Part shown: one piece after another, positions 10,285 to 24,863 of the stretch | Layout: each line of letters starts with the position of its first letter | Numbering within the stretch: the stretch's first letter is position 1 | From: Proteobacteria bacterium UBA5122 | GTDB taxonomy: Bacteria; Pseudomonadota; Gammaproteobacteria; Tenderiales; Tenderiaceae | DNA: 63,208 bases | Assembly (NCBI GenBank): GCA_002415485.1 | Contig: DHYU01000037.1 | Coordinates: 1-63,208, forward strand | Reading direction: 5' to 3' | Made by a program: the position numbers and the translations under genes | The notes under the pieces: model-generated | The model's input: the letters and a program-made list of their open reading frames with translations, nothing else | What the model was told of the DNA's origin: nothing | The model's database searches: none

Positions 10285-10487
10285 CTTTTGCTTTCAATGA
10301 GTTAGTAAAAATAATTAATCAAAACTGTTATGTAGAAAACGGCGCTGGCGATTAGGCTGGCCAGCACGGCGTTGATCTGCGAACATTGTAACCCGTTTTT
10401 GCACCTCATTTGTGCCCGGAATTTAAACTCTGAATATTCATACCCTGACTATTCAAACATAAGAATTAATCGAAGGTTCTAACCTGC

Positions 10488-13400
10488 ATGCGTCTGAAAA
10501 AGATCAAGCTCGCCGGCTTCAAGTCATTTGTCGACCCGACCACGGTACCGTTCCCCAGTAACATGGTGGGCATCCTCGGCCCTAACGGGTGCGGCAAATC
10601 AAACGTGATCGACGCCGTGCGCTGGGTGATGGGCGAGAGCTCGGCCAAGAACCTGCGTGGTGATTCTCTGACCGACGTTATCTTCAATGGTTCGACGGCG
10701 CGCAAGCCGGTTGGCCAGGCCAGCGTCGAACTCGTGTTCGACAACACTTCGGGCAAACTCGGCGGTGAGTACGCCACCTACAACGAGATCTCGGTCAAAC
10801 GCCAACTGACGCGTGATGGTCAGTCCACCTATTTTCTGAACAACACCCGCTGTCGTCGTCGCGACATCACCGACATCTTCCTCGGCACCGGTCTTGGGCC
10901 ACGTAGCTACGCCATCATCGAGCAAGGCACCATCTCGCGCCTGATCGAAGCCAAGCCTGAAGAGCTGCGCACCTTTATTGAAGAGGCCGCGGGCATCTCC
11001 AGATATAAAGAACGCCGCCGCGAGACGGAAAACCGAATCAAGCACACGCGCGAGAACATGGATCGTATCAACGACCTGCGCGAGGAACTGGAAAAGCGCC
11101 TCGCCACCTTGCAGCGTCAGGCGCGCACGGCTGAAAAATACAAAGAACTGAAGGCCGAAGAGCGTGAGCTCAAGGCCCAATTGCTGGCGTTGCGTTTTCA
11201 GAACCTGGATAACGCCGTCGTGCAGCGCGATAAAGAGATCAGCGCCGAAGAGACTTCATTAGAGGCGCAGATGGCCGAGCTGCGTCGTGTCGAGAGTGGC
11301 TTTGAGCAACAGCGCGAGGCGCAGGTCGACGTCAACGAACAATTCAACGAGGTGCAGGGGCGTTTCTATGCCCTCGGCTCCGAGATTGCACGGCTGGAAC
11401 AAAGCATCCAGCACACCAAAGACACCCACGCCCAACGTGAGCGCGAACTGGCTGAGGTCAATCGTGCCTGGCAAGAGGCGCAGCAGCACGTCGCCACCGA
11501 CCAACAGGTGATCGAAGAGACCCAACTGCAGCTCGAAGAGCTGGAAGAACAGCAGTTGATGACCGGCGATGCCGAAGGCGAATCGTCGGCCGTGCTGGCG
11601 CAGGCCGAAGAAAACATGCAGGCCTGGCAGGCCGAGTGGGATGAGTTCAATCGTGTCGCTGCCGATCAGCTGCGCACCGCCGAGCTGGAAAAAGCGCGCA
11701 TACAGCACGCGGAACAAAATCTGGGACGTTTGAGCCAACGCCTGAACAAACTCGAAGAAGAGATGGCCGGCCTGAGTGCCGGTGGTTTGGACGCCGAGAT
11801 CGAACAACTGCTGACCGAGCGCGCGCAGCTCGACGAGCAACTCGGTCAACTGCAACACGAACTCGAACAACAGCTGGAACAAATCCGTAACGAACGCGAA
11901 CTGGGCCAAAGCCTCGGCCGCGAGCTGGATGCCGCCCGTGGCAAACAGCAGAGCATGCAGGGGCGCCTGGCGTCTCTTGAGGCGCTGCAGCAACAGGCGC
12001 TGGGCAAGGCACAAAACAGCATCAAGGATTGGCTGAAGAACAATGGCCTCGACAGTGCCTCGCGTCTCGCCGAAAAGCTCGAGGTCGACAGTGGCTGGGA
12101 CAAGGCCGTCGAAACCGTACTCGGCGCCCACATTGAATCAGTGTGTGTCGAAGGCCTGGATCAGGTCAGCGCCGCCTTGTCGCAATTGCACAAAGGTAGC
12201 ATCACGATCTTCGACACCCAGGCCTCGTTTGAGTCGGCCACCGGCAGCGTCAGTGCCACGTTGAGCAGCAAGGTGCGCTCGCCATGGTCGATGGATTCGC
12301 TGTTTGCAGGCGTGTATGTCGCCGATGATTTGGCGCAGGCGATGTCGTTGCGTGCCCAATTAAAGGCGCACGAATCGATCGTCACCCGCGATGGCATTTG
12401 GCTGGGCGCCGACTGGCTGCGCATGGCGCGCGATGTCGACGAAAAGGCCGGCGTGCTGCAACGCGAGCAGGAGCTGAAACAACTCAAGGCCGATATCGCA
12501 GAAACCGCCGAACGTGTGGATGAACTGCAGGCGCAACTCGATGAGAGCCGTCGTCGTTTGCAGGACCTGGAGCGTGGACGCGAAGAACTGCAGGGCGCGT
12601 ACAACCAGTCCAACCAAAGCATCGCCCGTGTTGAATCGCAGTTGAGTGCGCGCCAGGAGCGTCTGGAGCAATACCACAGCCGCAAGCAACGCCTCGAAGG
12701 CGAGTTGAGCGACCTGCTCGAACAGCGTGCGCGTGACGAACAACAACTGGCTGAGACGCGTGGTCGTCTGGATGAGGCCTTGAATGTCTCCGAGGCCAAT
12801 GAACAACGTCGCGCCGAACTGCAGGCCCAACGTGAAGAGCTGCGCAGCCTGTTGGATCAGCATCGCCAAAAGGCGCGCGCCGATCGTGAGGCCGCGCATC
12901 AAATCGCCCTGCGTATTCAATCGCTCAAGGCCCAGCTCGAAGGCGCGAAGCAGCGTCTGGTACGGATGGAAGGACAACTGCAGCACATGAGTGGTCGCCG
13001 TCAGGAACTGCAATCACTGGTGCAAGTGGACGAAGACCCCATCGCCGAGATGACGCTACAACTCGAAGAGTTGTTGCAACAGCGGTTGATGGTGGAAGAA
13101 GAATTACAAAACGCCCGCCGTGCAGTGGAAGAGGTCGATCACAGCATGCGTCACCTCACCGAGGAGCGCGGCAAGATCGAACGTCGTCTGCAAGAGATAC
13201 GCGGCAAGCTCGAACAGATGCGGATGGCGAGCCAGGAGTTCAAGGTGCGTCGGCAAACCGTCAAAGAACAGTTCGACGAAACCGAACTGGTGATGACCGA
13301 CGTACTCGCCGCGCTGCCGGAAGAGGCTGCTGAAAATGTTTGGGCCGACAAGGTCAACGAGATGGGGCAACGCATTCAACGCCTCGGCGCAATCAATCTG

Positions 13401-13997
13401 GCGGCGATCGAAGAGTACGAAGAGCAGTCTGAGCGTAAAAAATATCTCGATTCACAAAACGCCGACCTCGAGGATGCGCTCAACACGCTCGAAAATGCGA
13501 TTCGTAAAATCGATAAAGAAACGCGCACCCGTTTCAAAGATACCTTTGATCAGATCGACTCTGGATTCAAGACGCTATTCCCGCGCCTGTTCGGTGGCGG
13601 CCATGCCTATCTCGAACTTACCGGTGAAGACCTGCTCGATACCGGCGTCACGGTAATGGCGCGGCCACCGGGTAAACGTAACAGCTCGATTCATTTGTTG
13701 TCGGGCGGTGAGAAGGCGCTGACGGCGGTGGCCTTGGTGTTCTCGATCTTCCAATTGAATCCGGCACCGTTCTGTATGCTGGATGAGGTCGATGCGCCAT
13801 TGGACGAGGCCAACGTCGGTCGTTTCTGTCGCATGGTGAAGGAGATGTCCGAGACCGTACAGTTCATCTTCATCACACATAACAAGACGACGATGGAGAT
13901 GTCGGATCACCTGTCGGGTGTCACCATGCACGAGCCGGGTGTGTCACGTATCGTTTCGGTCGATATCGAAGAAGCCGTGCAAATGGCGGCCAGTTAA
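10488..13997 (+). CDS. smc: Chromosome segregation protein SMC
   Basis: GFKSF, GPNGCGKSN, long coiled coils with hinge, LSGGEKAL and LDEVDAPLD; 1169 aa. Confidence 0.98.
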   Translation: MRLKKIKLAGFKSFVDPTTVPFPSNMVGILGPNGCGKSNVIDAVRWVMGESSAKNLRGDSLTDVIFNGSTARKPVGQASVELVFDNTSGKLGGEYATYNEISVKRQLTRDGQSTYFLNNTRCRRRDITDIFLGTGLGPRSYAIIEQGTISRLIEAKPEELRTFIEEAAGISRYKERRRETENRIKHTRENMDRINDLREELEKRLATLQRQARTAEKYKELKAEERELKAQLLALRFQNLDNAVVQRDKEISAEETSLEAQMAELRRVESGFEQQREAQVDVNEQFNEVQGRFYALGSEIARLEQSIQHTKDTHAQRERELAEVNRAWQEAQQHVATDQQVIEETQLQLEELEEQQLMTGDAEGESSAVLAQAEENMQAWQAEWDEFNRVAADQLRTAELEKARIQHAEQNLGRLSQRLNKLEEEMAGLSAGGLDAEIEQLLTERAQLDEQLGQLQHELEQQLEQIRNERELGQSLGRELDAARGKQQSMQGRLASLEALQQQALGKAQNSIKDWLKNNGLDSASRLAEKLEVDSGWDKAVETVLGAHIESVCVEGLDQVSAALSQLHKGSITIFDTQASFESATGSVSATLSSKVRSPWSMDSLFAGVYVADDLAQAMSLRAQLKAHESIVTRDGIWLGADWLRMARDVDEKAGVLQREQELKQLKADIAETAERVDELQAQLDESRRRLQDLERGREELQGAYNQSNQSIARVESQLSARQERLEQYHSRKQRLEGELSDLLEQRARDEQQLAETRGRLDEALNVSEANEQRRAELQAQREELRSLLDQHRQKARADREAAHQIALRIQSLKAQLEGAKQRLVRMEGQLQHMSGRRQELQSLVQVDEDPIAEMTLQLEELLQQRLMVEEELQNARRAVEEVDHSMRHLTEERGKIERRLQEIRGKLEQMRMASQEFKVRRQTVKEQFDETELVMTDVLAALPEEAAENVWADKVNEMGQRIQRLGAINLAAIEEYEEQSERKKYLDSQNADLEDALNTLENAIRKIDKETRTRFKDTFDQIDSGFKTLFPRLFGGGHAYLELTGEDLLDTGVTVMARPPGKRNSSIHLLSGGEKALTAVALVFSIFQLNPAPFCMLDEVDAPLDEANVGRFCRMVKEMSETVQFIFITHNKTTMEMSDHLSGVTMHEPGVSRIVSVDIEEAVQMAAS

Positions 13998-14037
13998 TCA
14001 TTCTTAATAACAAACGGATAAAGTTAGGATCAGCCAG

Positions 14038-17570
<3,533 letters not shown>

Positions 17571-17578
17571 TGTCGTGA

Positions 17579-18196
<618 letters not shown>

Positions 18197-18330
18197 CGAC
18201 ATACCTAGGGCCTGCTAGGCTTTTGGTCCACTTGTTGCCGTTTATTTTTCTCGCGCCGTCATGCGTCATCAGCAATGATCTGTGTGTTACTGTCGTGTTT
18301 CATTTGTGAAAGACACGCAGCCCTCTGCTA

Positions 18331-18343
18331 TAACTTATTGATT
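18331..18343 (-). promoter_or_regulatory. IHF consensus site
   Basis: Reverse strand AATCAATAAGTTA matches WATCAAnnnnTTR exactly. Confidence 0.6.
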
Positions 18344-18360
18344 AATAACAATCCGGCACA

Positions 18361-18395
18361 TTATCCACAAAAACTGTGGATAACATTGTGGATGA
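18361..18395. promoter_or_regulatory. DnaA-box triplet, DARS-core-like
   Basis: TTATCCACA-aaaac-TGTGGATAA-cat-TGTGGATGA: two perfect opposed boxes plus one 1-mismatch box. Confidence 0.8.
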
Positions 18396-18637
18396 TTTAT
18401 ATCAGCAAGGCTGAAACATGCGCTGGAGTCGGCGTTGTGACGGTTTGGTTAAAAAGTGACCACTTTATAAGTTGTTGTTTTATATTGAGAATGCTCGACA
18501 GGGCGGCCAGCTGTGACATGTGTTCAGATATGTTTATTGTCTTAGAGCTGGTTGTGGGTAACTTCATTTAGTTAAGATCTGTATTGATGTATTAGCATTA
18601 ACAATGACATCTATATGTCTGTTAGTTAAGGATTATC

Positions 18638-20767
18638 ATGATTTCTGTGCTTACGGAAAAATACTGCGTGATATTTGTGGTCTTGTGGGCCTTGGCCCTC
18701 GGGGGCTTCAATGGTGTAGCAACTGCTGCTGGCGCAGGCCATGCGATACCCCATTACGTCATTGCGGCTGAGGTGTTTCCTGCTGAAGGTCGGCTTCGTG
18801 CAGAGGTAGAACTTAGATTTCCCGCTCAGAGGAAGCGTGTGTTGTTTGGATTGAATCCTGAGTTATCGATAGACGCGATCCAACCAACACCGTCGTTTGT
18901 TACGCGTGAATCGGGCAAAGATTTCAATTGGTATACCCTTACGTATGATGAATCTGTGTCGAACATTCGGTTCACTTACAACGGACAACTGAATGAGCCA
19001 CCGAGACAGGACAGTCGTGAAATACGTAGCTTTGAGTCGACTCGTGGAGTGATTGGGAATGAAGGGGTGTTCCTGAGTGCCTCGACTGGCTGGTATCCAG
19101 TACTCGCGGGAGAGTATCTATCGTTCGAACTAACGACGACATTGCCCAGTGGCTGGCAAAGCGTAAGTCAAGGTAAGCAGGTCGCCGAGCATCAGTGGCA
19201 AGAGTTTCTCCCGCAACAGGAAATCTATTTGATCGCAGGTCGATTCCAGGCATACACGCGGCAAATGAACGATATCGAGCTCCAGATTTGGCTGCGAGCC
19301 CCTGATGCAAGTCTGGCTGAACAATATCTCGATGCGAGTCAACGTTACATCACAATGTACGGTGATCTGTTAGGAAAGTATCCGTATTCGAAGTTCGCGT
19401 TGATTGAGAACTTTTGGGAAACAGGTTACGGGATGCCCTCGTTTACCTTGATGGGCGCTAAGGTCATTCGTTTTCCCTTTATTTTGCACACCTCATTTCC
19501 GCATGAGGTATTGCACAACTGGTGGGGGAATGGTGTTTATGTCGATTATTCTGGCGGGAATTGGAGTGAGGGTTTGACTTCATATCTCGCGGATCATGCA
19601 CTCAAGGAGCTACAAGGGGGAGCGGTTGAGTATCGACGGGGAGTATTGCAAAAATACATGGATTTTGCGGCAAACAGTCGAGACTTTGCGCTAACTGAGT
19701 TTACAGCTCGGCATGATCCGGCTACAGAAGCAGTTGGATACGGCAAGGCAATGATGTTCTTTCATATGTTACGCCAACAACTGGGTGAGCAAGCGTTTAT
19801 CAAGGGATTACGTCGTTTCTATGCACAACATCGATTTGAAGAAGCAAATTACGAAGCCATCATATCGGCTCTGGAGGCTGAATCCGGTACGAACCTGACT
19901 CAAGCATCCGAGCAATGGCTTCAGCGCAGTGGTGCCCCCCGCCTAACGCTGACAAATGTAGAAAGTGCACATGAAGCCAGTGGCAATTACAGTCTCTCCT
20001 TTACGCTCCAGCAGTCACAAGGCGGCAAGCCATATCTGCTACAGATCCCTGTGTATGTATTGTTGACAGGCGACACCCACGCACGTCGTTTATATATCGA
20101 CTTATCCAAAGACGAACAACATTTTACGCTGACATTTGAGACCGAGCCTCGCTGGTTGGCGATAGACCCCGAATATGATCTCTTTCGCCAACTACAGGCA
20201 GAAGAGATACCGCCGGCATTGGGGCAGATGTATGCAAGTCAATCCGTAACATTCGTACTGCCTGCTCGCATGAGGAAAATGCCGGAGATACATCACTCCC
20301 TGACACGCCCCGGCGGATACTGGCAAACCGTGAGTATTGTCTACGATGACCAGGTTGATGCCTTGCCCGAGGACCAGGCGGTTTGGGTATTTGGGTGGGA
20401 TAATCGATTGCGGCAAAAGCTTGGGCATCTGTTAACCAGCGTTGGCGCGGTGTTTGACGAGGAGGGTGTCACCGTCAACGATGACAAGGCCTTGGCTGAT
20501 CGGCATAGTGTTGCTGTGGTTACTTATGATGAGGCTAGGCGTCCAGTTGTGTGGACGGCGACGCCAGATGACAGCATTCCTATGCTCGCACGAAAACTAC
20601 CGCACTACAGTAAGTTTAGTTATGTCGTATTCGACAACGGTTCACTCAATAACCGGCTAAAGATAACGTGGCCGGTGGGTAACACGCCATTAAAAACATC
20701 GATCGATAAATCATTGACGAGGAGTGTGGTAAAACTTTCTCCAAGGGAACCGTTGATACTTGAATAA
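18638..20767 (+). CDS. Secreted M1-family (gluzincin) aminopeptidase
   Basis: Signal peptide, GYGMPSF (GAMEN variant), HEVLHNWWG (HExxH), downstream NWSEGLTSY and GYGKAMM. Confidence 0.85.
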   Translation: MISVLTEKYCVIFVVLWALALGGFNGVATAAGAGHAIPHYVIAAEVFPAEGRLRAEVELRFPAQRKRVLFGLNPELSIDAIQPTPSFVTRESGKDFNWYTLTYDESVSNIRFTYNGQLNEPPRQDSREIRSFESTRGVIGNEGVFLSASTGWYPVLAGEYLSFELTTTLPSGWQSVSQGKQVAEHQWQEFLPQQEIYLIAGRFQAYTRQMNDIELQIWLRAPDASLAEQYLDASQRYITMYGDLLGKYPYSKFALIENFWETGYGMPSFTLMGAKVIRFPFILHTSFPHEVLHNWWGNGVYVDYSGGNWSEGLTSYLADHALKELQGGAVEYRRGVLQKYMDFAANSRDFALTEFTARHDPATEAVGYGKAMMFFHMLRQQLGEQAFIKGLRRFYAQHRFEEANYEAIISALEAESGTNLTQASEQWLQRSGAPRLTLTNVESAHEASGNYSLSFTLQQSQGGKPYLLQIPVYVLLTGDTHARRLYIDLSKDEQHFTLTFETEPRWLAIDPEYDLFRQLQAEEIPPALGQMYASQSVTFVLPARMRKMPEIHHSLTRPGGYWQTVSIVYDDQVDALPEDQAVWVFGWDNRLRQKLGHLLTSVGAVFDEEGVTVNDDKALADRHSVAVVTYDEARRPVVWTATPDDSIPMLARKLPHYSKFSYVVFDNGSLNNRLKITWPVGNTPLKTSIDKSLTRSVVKLSPREPLILE

Positions 20768-20819
20768 GTCTCAGACTTTTTATAGGTTGTTTGATGTTAT
20801 CCATAAGGAAGGGATTGCC

Positions 20820-22043
20820 ATGTTTATGCGGCCGTTTATAAGACGCTCTTTGATTAGCTGCTGTATTTTTCTGTCGTTATTAACTAATCCTGGCACATAT
20901 GCCAGTGATGCCGTGTGCATCCCCACTGGCCAGGCACTGTTGCCAGATTATGAAAAGACAGTTGCTTTGCGAGAACTGGCATCCATCTACGCGGGCAGCG
21001 ATGTAGTGTTACTTGGTGAACACCATGACAATGCCGAACATCACCGGTGGCAGTTGCAGATGATCACAGCGCTACATATTAAAAAAGGTGATATCAGTTT
21101 AGGGCTGGAGATGTTTCCGCGTAAGGTTCAGCCAGTTTTAGACCAATGGGTCAACGGCGAACTGACAGAGAATGAATTCTTGAAGGCAGTAAATTGGGCA
21201 GAATACTGGCGATTCGATCCTGACCTGTATATGCCAATATTCCACTATGCACGCATGAACTCTATCCCCATGCATGCGTTAAATGTAGATCGTTCATTGA
21301 TCCAGCAAGTTGGAAAACTGGGCTGGGATGCTGTGCCAACTGAGGCAAAGGAGGGGGTATCAAAACCCGCCATGGCCAGCAGGGGTTATCAGGAGCTATT
21401 GGCTAATGTTTTTATGCAGCACGGCAGCAAACATAGCCCTGAACAAGATTCCGACCAAGCCCTGGCATCCATCATCGAGCAACCTGGCTTTCAACGTTTC
21501 GTTGAAAGCCAGAGTGTTTGGGACCGGGCAATGGCCGAGGTCATTGCGACTGTCAAAAAAGAGAAGCCCGATACCACGATCATTTCTATCGTGGGCAGTG
21601 GCCATATGATGTTTTCATTCGGCATTCCAGAACAATTGAAAGACTTGGGGATCGATGAGACGACGGTCTTAATTCCTTGGGACCCAGAGTTTGAATGTGA
21701 GTATATTCAAAAAGGTTTTGCCAATGCGGTGATCGGACTAAAGGCTTACAAACGTAGCGATGAGATAGAGTCTAAAAAATCACACCCATTACTCGGAATA
21801 TTTCTAGAGCCTGCAGATGCCGGAGCCAGAGTCGTCAAGGTTGCTGATGAGAGTCTTGCTAAGCAAATGGGAATACGAGAAGGTGATGTGATATCTCATG
21901 TTGCAGGGCGAAAAGTCACCGAGGTTAATGTGCTGATCAACACCGTTAAATCAACGCCATTCGGCGCCTGGCTCCCTATCAGCATCGTGCGCGAAGGAAA
22001 AACGGTAGAGATGGTTGCTAAATTCCCGCCAATAGAGGAGTGA
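20820..22043 (+). CDS. ChaN-family (EreA/ChaN fold) exported protein with a C-terminal PDZ domain
   Basis: VVLLGEHHDN..HH, LGLEMFPR..QPVLDQW, QSVWDRAMA and IVGSGH, then PDZ (LGIFLE...GIREGDVI). ATG at 20820 follows AAGGAAGG. Confidence 0.85.
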   Translation: MFMRPFIRRSLISCCIFLSLLTNPGTYASDAVCIPTGQALLPDYEKTVALRELASIYAGSDVVLLGEHHDNAEHHRWQLQMITALHIKKGDISLGLEMFPRKVQPVLDQWVNGELTENEFLKAVNWAEYWRFDPDLYMPIFHYARMNSIPMHALNVDRSLIQQVGKLGWDAVPTEAKEGVSKPAMASRGYQELLANVFMQHGSKHSPEQDSDQALASIIEQPGFQRFVESQSVWDRAMAEVIATVKKEKPDTTIISIVGSGHMMFSFGIPEQLKDLGIDETTVLIPWDPEFECEYIQKGFANAVIGLKAYKRSDEIESKKSHPLLGIFLEPADAGARVVKVADESLAKQMGIREGDVISHVAGRKVTEVNVLINTVKSTPFGAWLPISIVREGKTVEMVAKFPPIEE

Positions 22044-22045
22044 CC

Positions 22046-23563
22046 TTAGCGTTCAACCGGGCACTCGTGTGTAATAGAAACACTGCCATCTTCGGCCACT
22101 GTTTCAATTCTGGAAGTAAACCCCCAAAGACGAGACATATGTTTTAGCACATCTTCAGCATCGTCGTTGAGCGGGCGGCGATCATGGGCATAGTAACGCA
22201 GTGTGATTGAACGATCGCCATGACGATTCACCTTGTAGACCTGAATATTCGGTTCTCTATTACCAAGATTGTATTGATCTGCCAAAGCCTCACGCACATG
22301 ACGATACCCACTATCATCGTGTATGGCTGAGATATGCAGTTCGTTATCCTTATCATCATCAACGACAGAGAATAATTTGAGATCCCGAATTACAGCAGGG
22401 GACAAGTACTGCGCGATAAAACTCTCATCTTTGAAGTTACGCATCGCAAAATCGAGGGTTTTTAACCAGTCAGAACCCGCTATATCTGGGAACCAGTATT
22501 TGTCTTCATCGGTTGGGCTCTCACAAATCCGTCGAATGTCTCGGAACATGCTAAACCCGAGGGCATAAGGGTTGATGCCATTGTAATAAGGGCTATTAAA
22601 TCCTGGCTGCGTCACAACGTTGGTATGCGCCTGCAGAAACTCAATCATAAACCCGTCATTAACCAAGCCTTCATCATAGAGCTTATTTAAAATCGTGTAG
22701 TGCCAGAAGGTTGCCCACCCCTCATTCATCACCTGGGTTTGACGTTGTGGATAAAAATACTGGGCAATTTTTCGAACTATACGAACAATTTCTCGTTGCC
22801 ACCCCTCTAGAAGGGGGGCGTTTTTCTCAATGAAATAAAGTAGATTCTCCTGAGGCTCAGGTGGCCATAGATTGCGTTCATCCTCGTGAGCGGCCTTGTG
22901 CTGATCAACTGGCAGGGTCCGCCATAGATCATTCACCTGAGATTGAAGATATTCCTCACGTTCAATTTGCCTGCGTTCTTCATCATATAAAGATACCCGC
23001 CGTGGGCGTTTATATCTATCAACGCCATAATTCATTAACGCATGACAAGAGTCGAGTAAAGCCTCGACTTCTTCCTCACCATACCGCTGCTCACACTTTT
23101 GGACATAGTTTTTGGCAAAGAGCAGGTAATCGATAATTGAGTCGGCGTTGGTCCAGGTCTGAAACAAATAATTGTTCTTGAAGAATGAATTATGACCATA
23201 GCTGGCATGGGCTATGACCAACGCCTGCATCATCATCGTGTTCTCTTCCATCAGATAAGCGATACATGGATTAGAGTTGATGACGATTTCGTACGCGAGC
23301 CCCATGTGACCGCGCTTATATCTTTGTTCAACGCCTAAAAACTGCTTGCCGAACGACCAGTGGTGATAACCGACAGGCATGCCAACGGTAGAGTAGGCAT
23401 CCATCATTTGTTCGGCGGAGATGATTTCAATTTGGTTCGGATAGGTATCCAATCCAAAATCTCGGGCGATGCGCTCGATTTCGGAATGAAATTTTTCCAA
23501 GAGATCAAATGTCCACTCGGAGGTTTGGGATATGTAGTTGTTGTTTTTTTCACTCATGCCCAT
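22046..23563 (-). CDS. SpoVR/YcgB family protein
   Basis: GLDTYPNQIEII, GMPVGYHHWSFGK, AYEIVINSNPCIAYL and QVMNEGWATFWH. Confidence 0.95.
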   Translation of the reverse strand: MGMSEKNNNYISQTSEWTFDLLEKFHSEIERIARDFGLDTYPNQIEIISAEQMMDAYSTVGMPVGYHHWSFGKQFLGVEQRYKRGHMGLAYEIVINSNPCIAYLMEENTMMMQALVIAHASYGHNSFFKNNYLFQTWTNADSIIDYLLFAKNYVQKCEQRYGEEEVEALLDSCHALMNYGVDRYKRPRRVSLYDEERRQIEREEYLQSQVNDLWRTLPVDQHKAAHEDERNLWPPEPQENLLYFIEKNAPLLEGWQREIVRIVRKIAQYFYPQRQTQVMNEGWATFWHYTILNKLYDEGLVNDGFMIEFLQAHTNVVTQPGFNSPYYNGINPYALGFSMFRDIRRICESPTDEDKYWFPDIAGSDWLKTLDFAMRNFKDESFIAQYLSPAVIRDLKLFSVVDDDKDNELHISAIHDDSGYRHVREALADQYNLGNREPNIQVYKVNRHGDRSITLRYYAHDRRPLNDDAEDVLKHMSRLWGFTSRIETVAEDGSVSITHECPVER

Positions 23564-24825
23564 TGCTTTTCAAATAGTTTGCGGAACACGGGATATATTT
23601 GGTCCGGGCCACCGATCTTTTGCATTGCGAAACGTTGTTCTGTCTCGGCAACCCGGCTGTATTCGCGCCATAGGTTGCCAGAAGGGGACGATTCATCGAT
23701 GATCTCGATATAGGCGTAATACTGCAGGAATGGCAAGATGGATTGAAGAAGAAGATTACGACAGACTGGTGAGTCGTCAGTCCAGTTGTCACCATCCGAA
23801 GCCTGTGCGGCGTAGATATTCCAGTCTGCGGTTGAGTATCGCTCTTGAATGATCTCGTGCATTAACTTTAAGGCGCTAGAGACCACCGTGCCACCAGTCT
23901 CTCTGGAATAGAAGAATTCTTGCTCATCAACCTCTTTAGCCACGGTATGGTGTCGAATAAATACCAACTCAATATGCTCATATGTTCGGGTAAGGAACAT
24001 ATAGAGCAGAGTAAAGAACCGCTTGGCTACATCTTTCTCGTATTCTCCCATTGAACCAGATACATCCATCAAACAAAACATAACCGCCTGAGTTGTTGGG
24101 ATGGGTTGATCTATTCGGTTGTTGTACCGAAGATCAAACGTATCGATGTAAGGAATGTTCTTAATTTTTTGTTGTAGACCACGGATTTTTAGTTTTAACA
24201 CCTCGATATCCGATTCGTTGCACGTATCTTGTTCTTCAAGGAGCGCTAGCTCATCTTCCAAAGTCTTGAGCTCTTTTCGATACGGTGCTCCAAGTGCAAT
24301 GCGGCGGGCGATAGCACCTTTCATTGAGCGAATCACATTGATGTTAGATGGCGAACCATGCGAGGTATAGCCAGCTCGAATCTTTTTAAACTGGATGTCT
24401 TTGGCGAGCTGGGTCTTGATCATGTTCGGGAGTTCGAGATCTTCGAAGAATAGATCCATAAACTCTTCACGCGAGAGGGCAAAGCTAAAATCATCCTCGC
24501 CCTCACCACTATCACTAGCTTCTTTTCCCTGTCCCTGGCCCTGTCCCCCTTGAGGGCGCGGGACGCTATCACCAGAGATAAATTCTTTGTTTCCTGGATA
24601 GATGGTTTCACGGCGGCCGCCACGTCCAACCCCAAACGTCGGTTCGGCAATATCTTTGGAGGGGATATTCACGCTCTCACCCCGCTCCATGTCCGTGATG
24701 CTGCGTTTCGAAACAGCTTCTTCAACGGCCTTTTTCAGATGCTTCTTATAACGGCGAATAAACTTCTGCCGATTGACCGCACTTTTGTTCTTGCCGTTGA
24801 CGCGCCTGTCGATAATCTGGCTCAC
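23554..24825 (-). CDS. yeaH: YeaH/YhbH family protein (vWA-like)
   Basis: IDRRVNGKNKSAVNRQKF, MFCLMDVSGSM, ETGGTVVSSAL and QASDGDNW. Confidence 0.94.
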   Translation of the reverse strand: MSQIIDRRVNGKNKSAVNRQKFIRRYKKHLKKAVEEAVSKRSITDMERGESVNIPSKDIAEPTFGVGRGGRRETIYPGNKEFISGDSVPRPQGGQGQGQGKEASDSGEGEDDFSFALSREEFMDLFFEDLELPNMIKTQLAKDIQFKKIRAGYTSHGSPSNINVIRSMKGAIARRIALGAPYRKELKTLEDELALLEEQDTCNESDIEVLKLKIRGLQQKIKNIPYIDTFDLRYNNRIDQPIPTTQAVMFCLMDVSGSMGEYEKDVAKRFFTLLYMFLTRTYEHIELVFIRHHTVAKEVDEQEFFYSRETGGTVVSSALKLMHEIIQERYSTADWNIYAAQASDGDNWTDDSPVCRNLLLQSILPFLQYYAYIEIIDESSPSGNLWREYSRVAETEQRFAMQKIGGPDQIYPVFRKLFEKQWA

Positions 24826-24863
24826 ACTTCACCTCAGTTGCCGTCCCACCCGGGGACGACTGC

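Noticed and set aside
10285-10487. preQ1 riboswitch upstream of queF
   Set aside because: No recognisable preQ1 stem with an A-rich 3' tail on the minus strand.
18275-18571. 98-aa ORF and possible oriC at the DnaA boxes
   Set aside because: The ORF is a translation of the regulatory DNA (YPQKLWITLW spells the DnaA boxes). oriC is unlikely: no dnaA/gidA context, few boxes, and dif is about 13 kb away.
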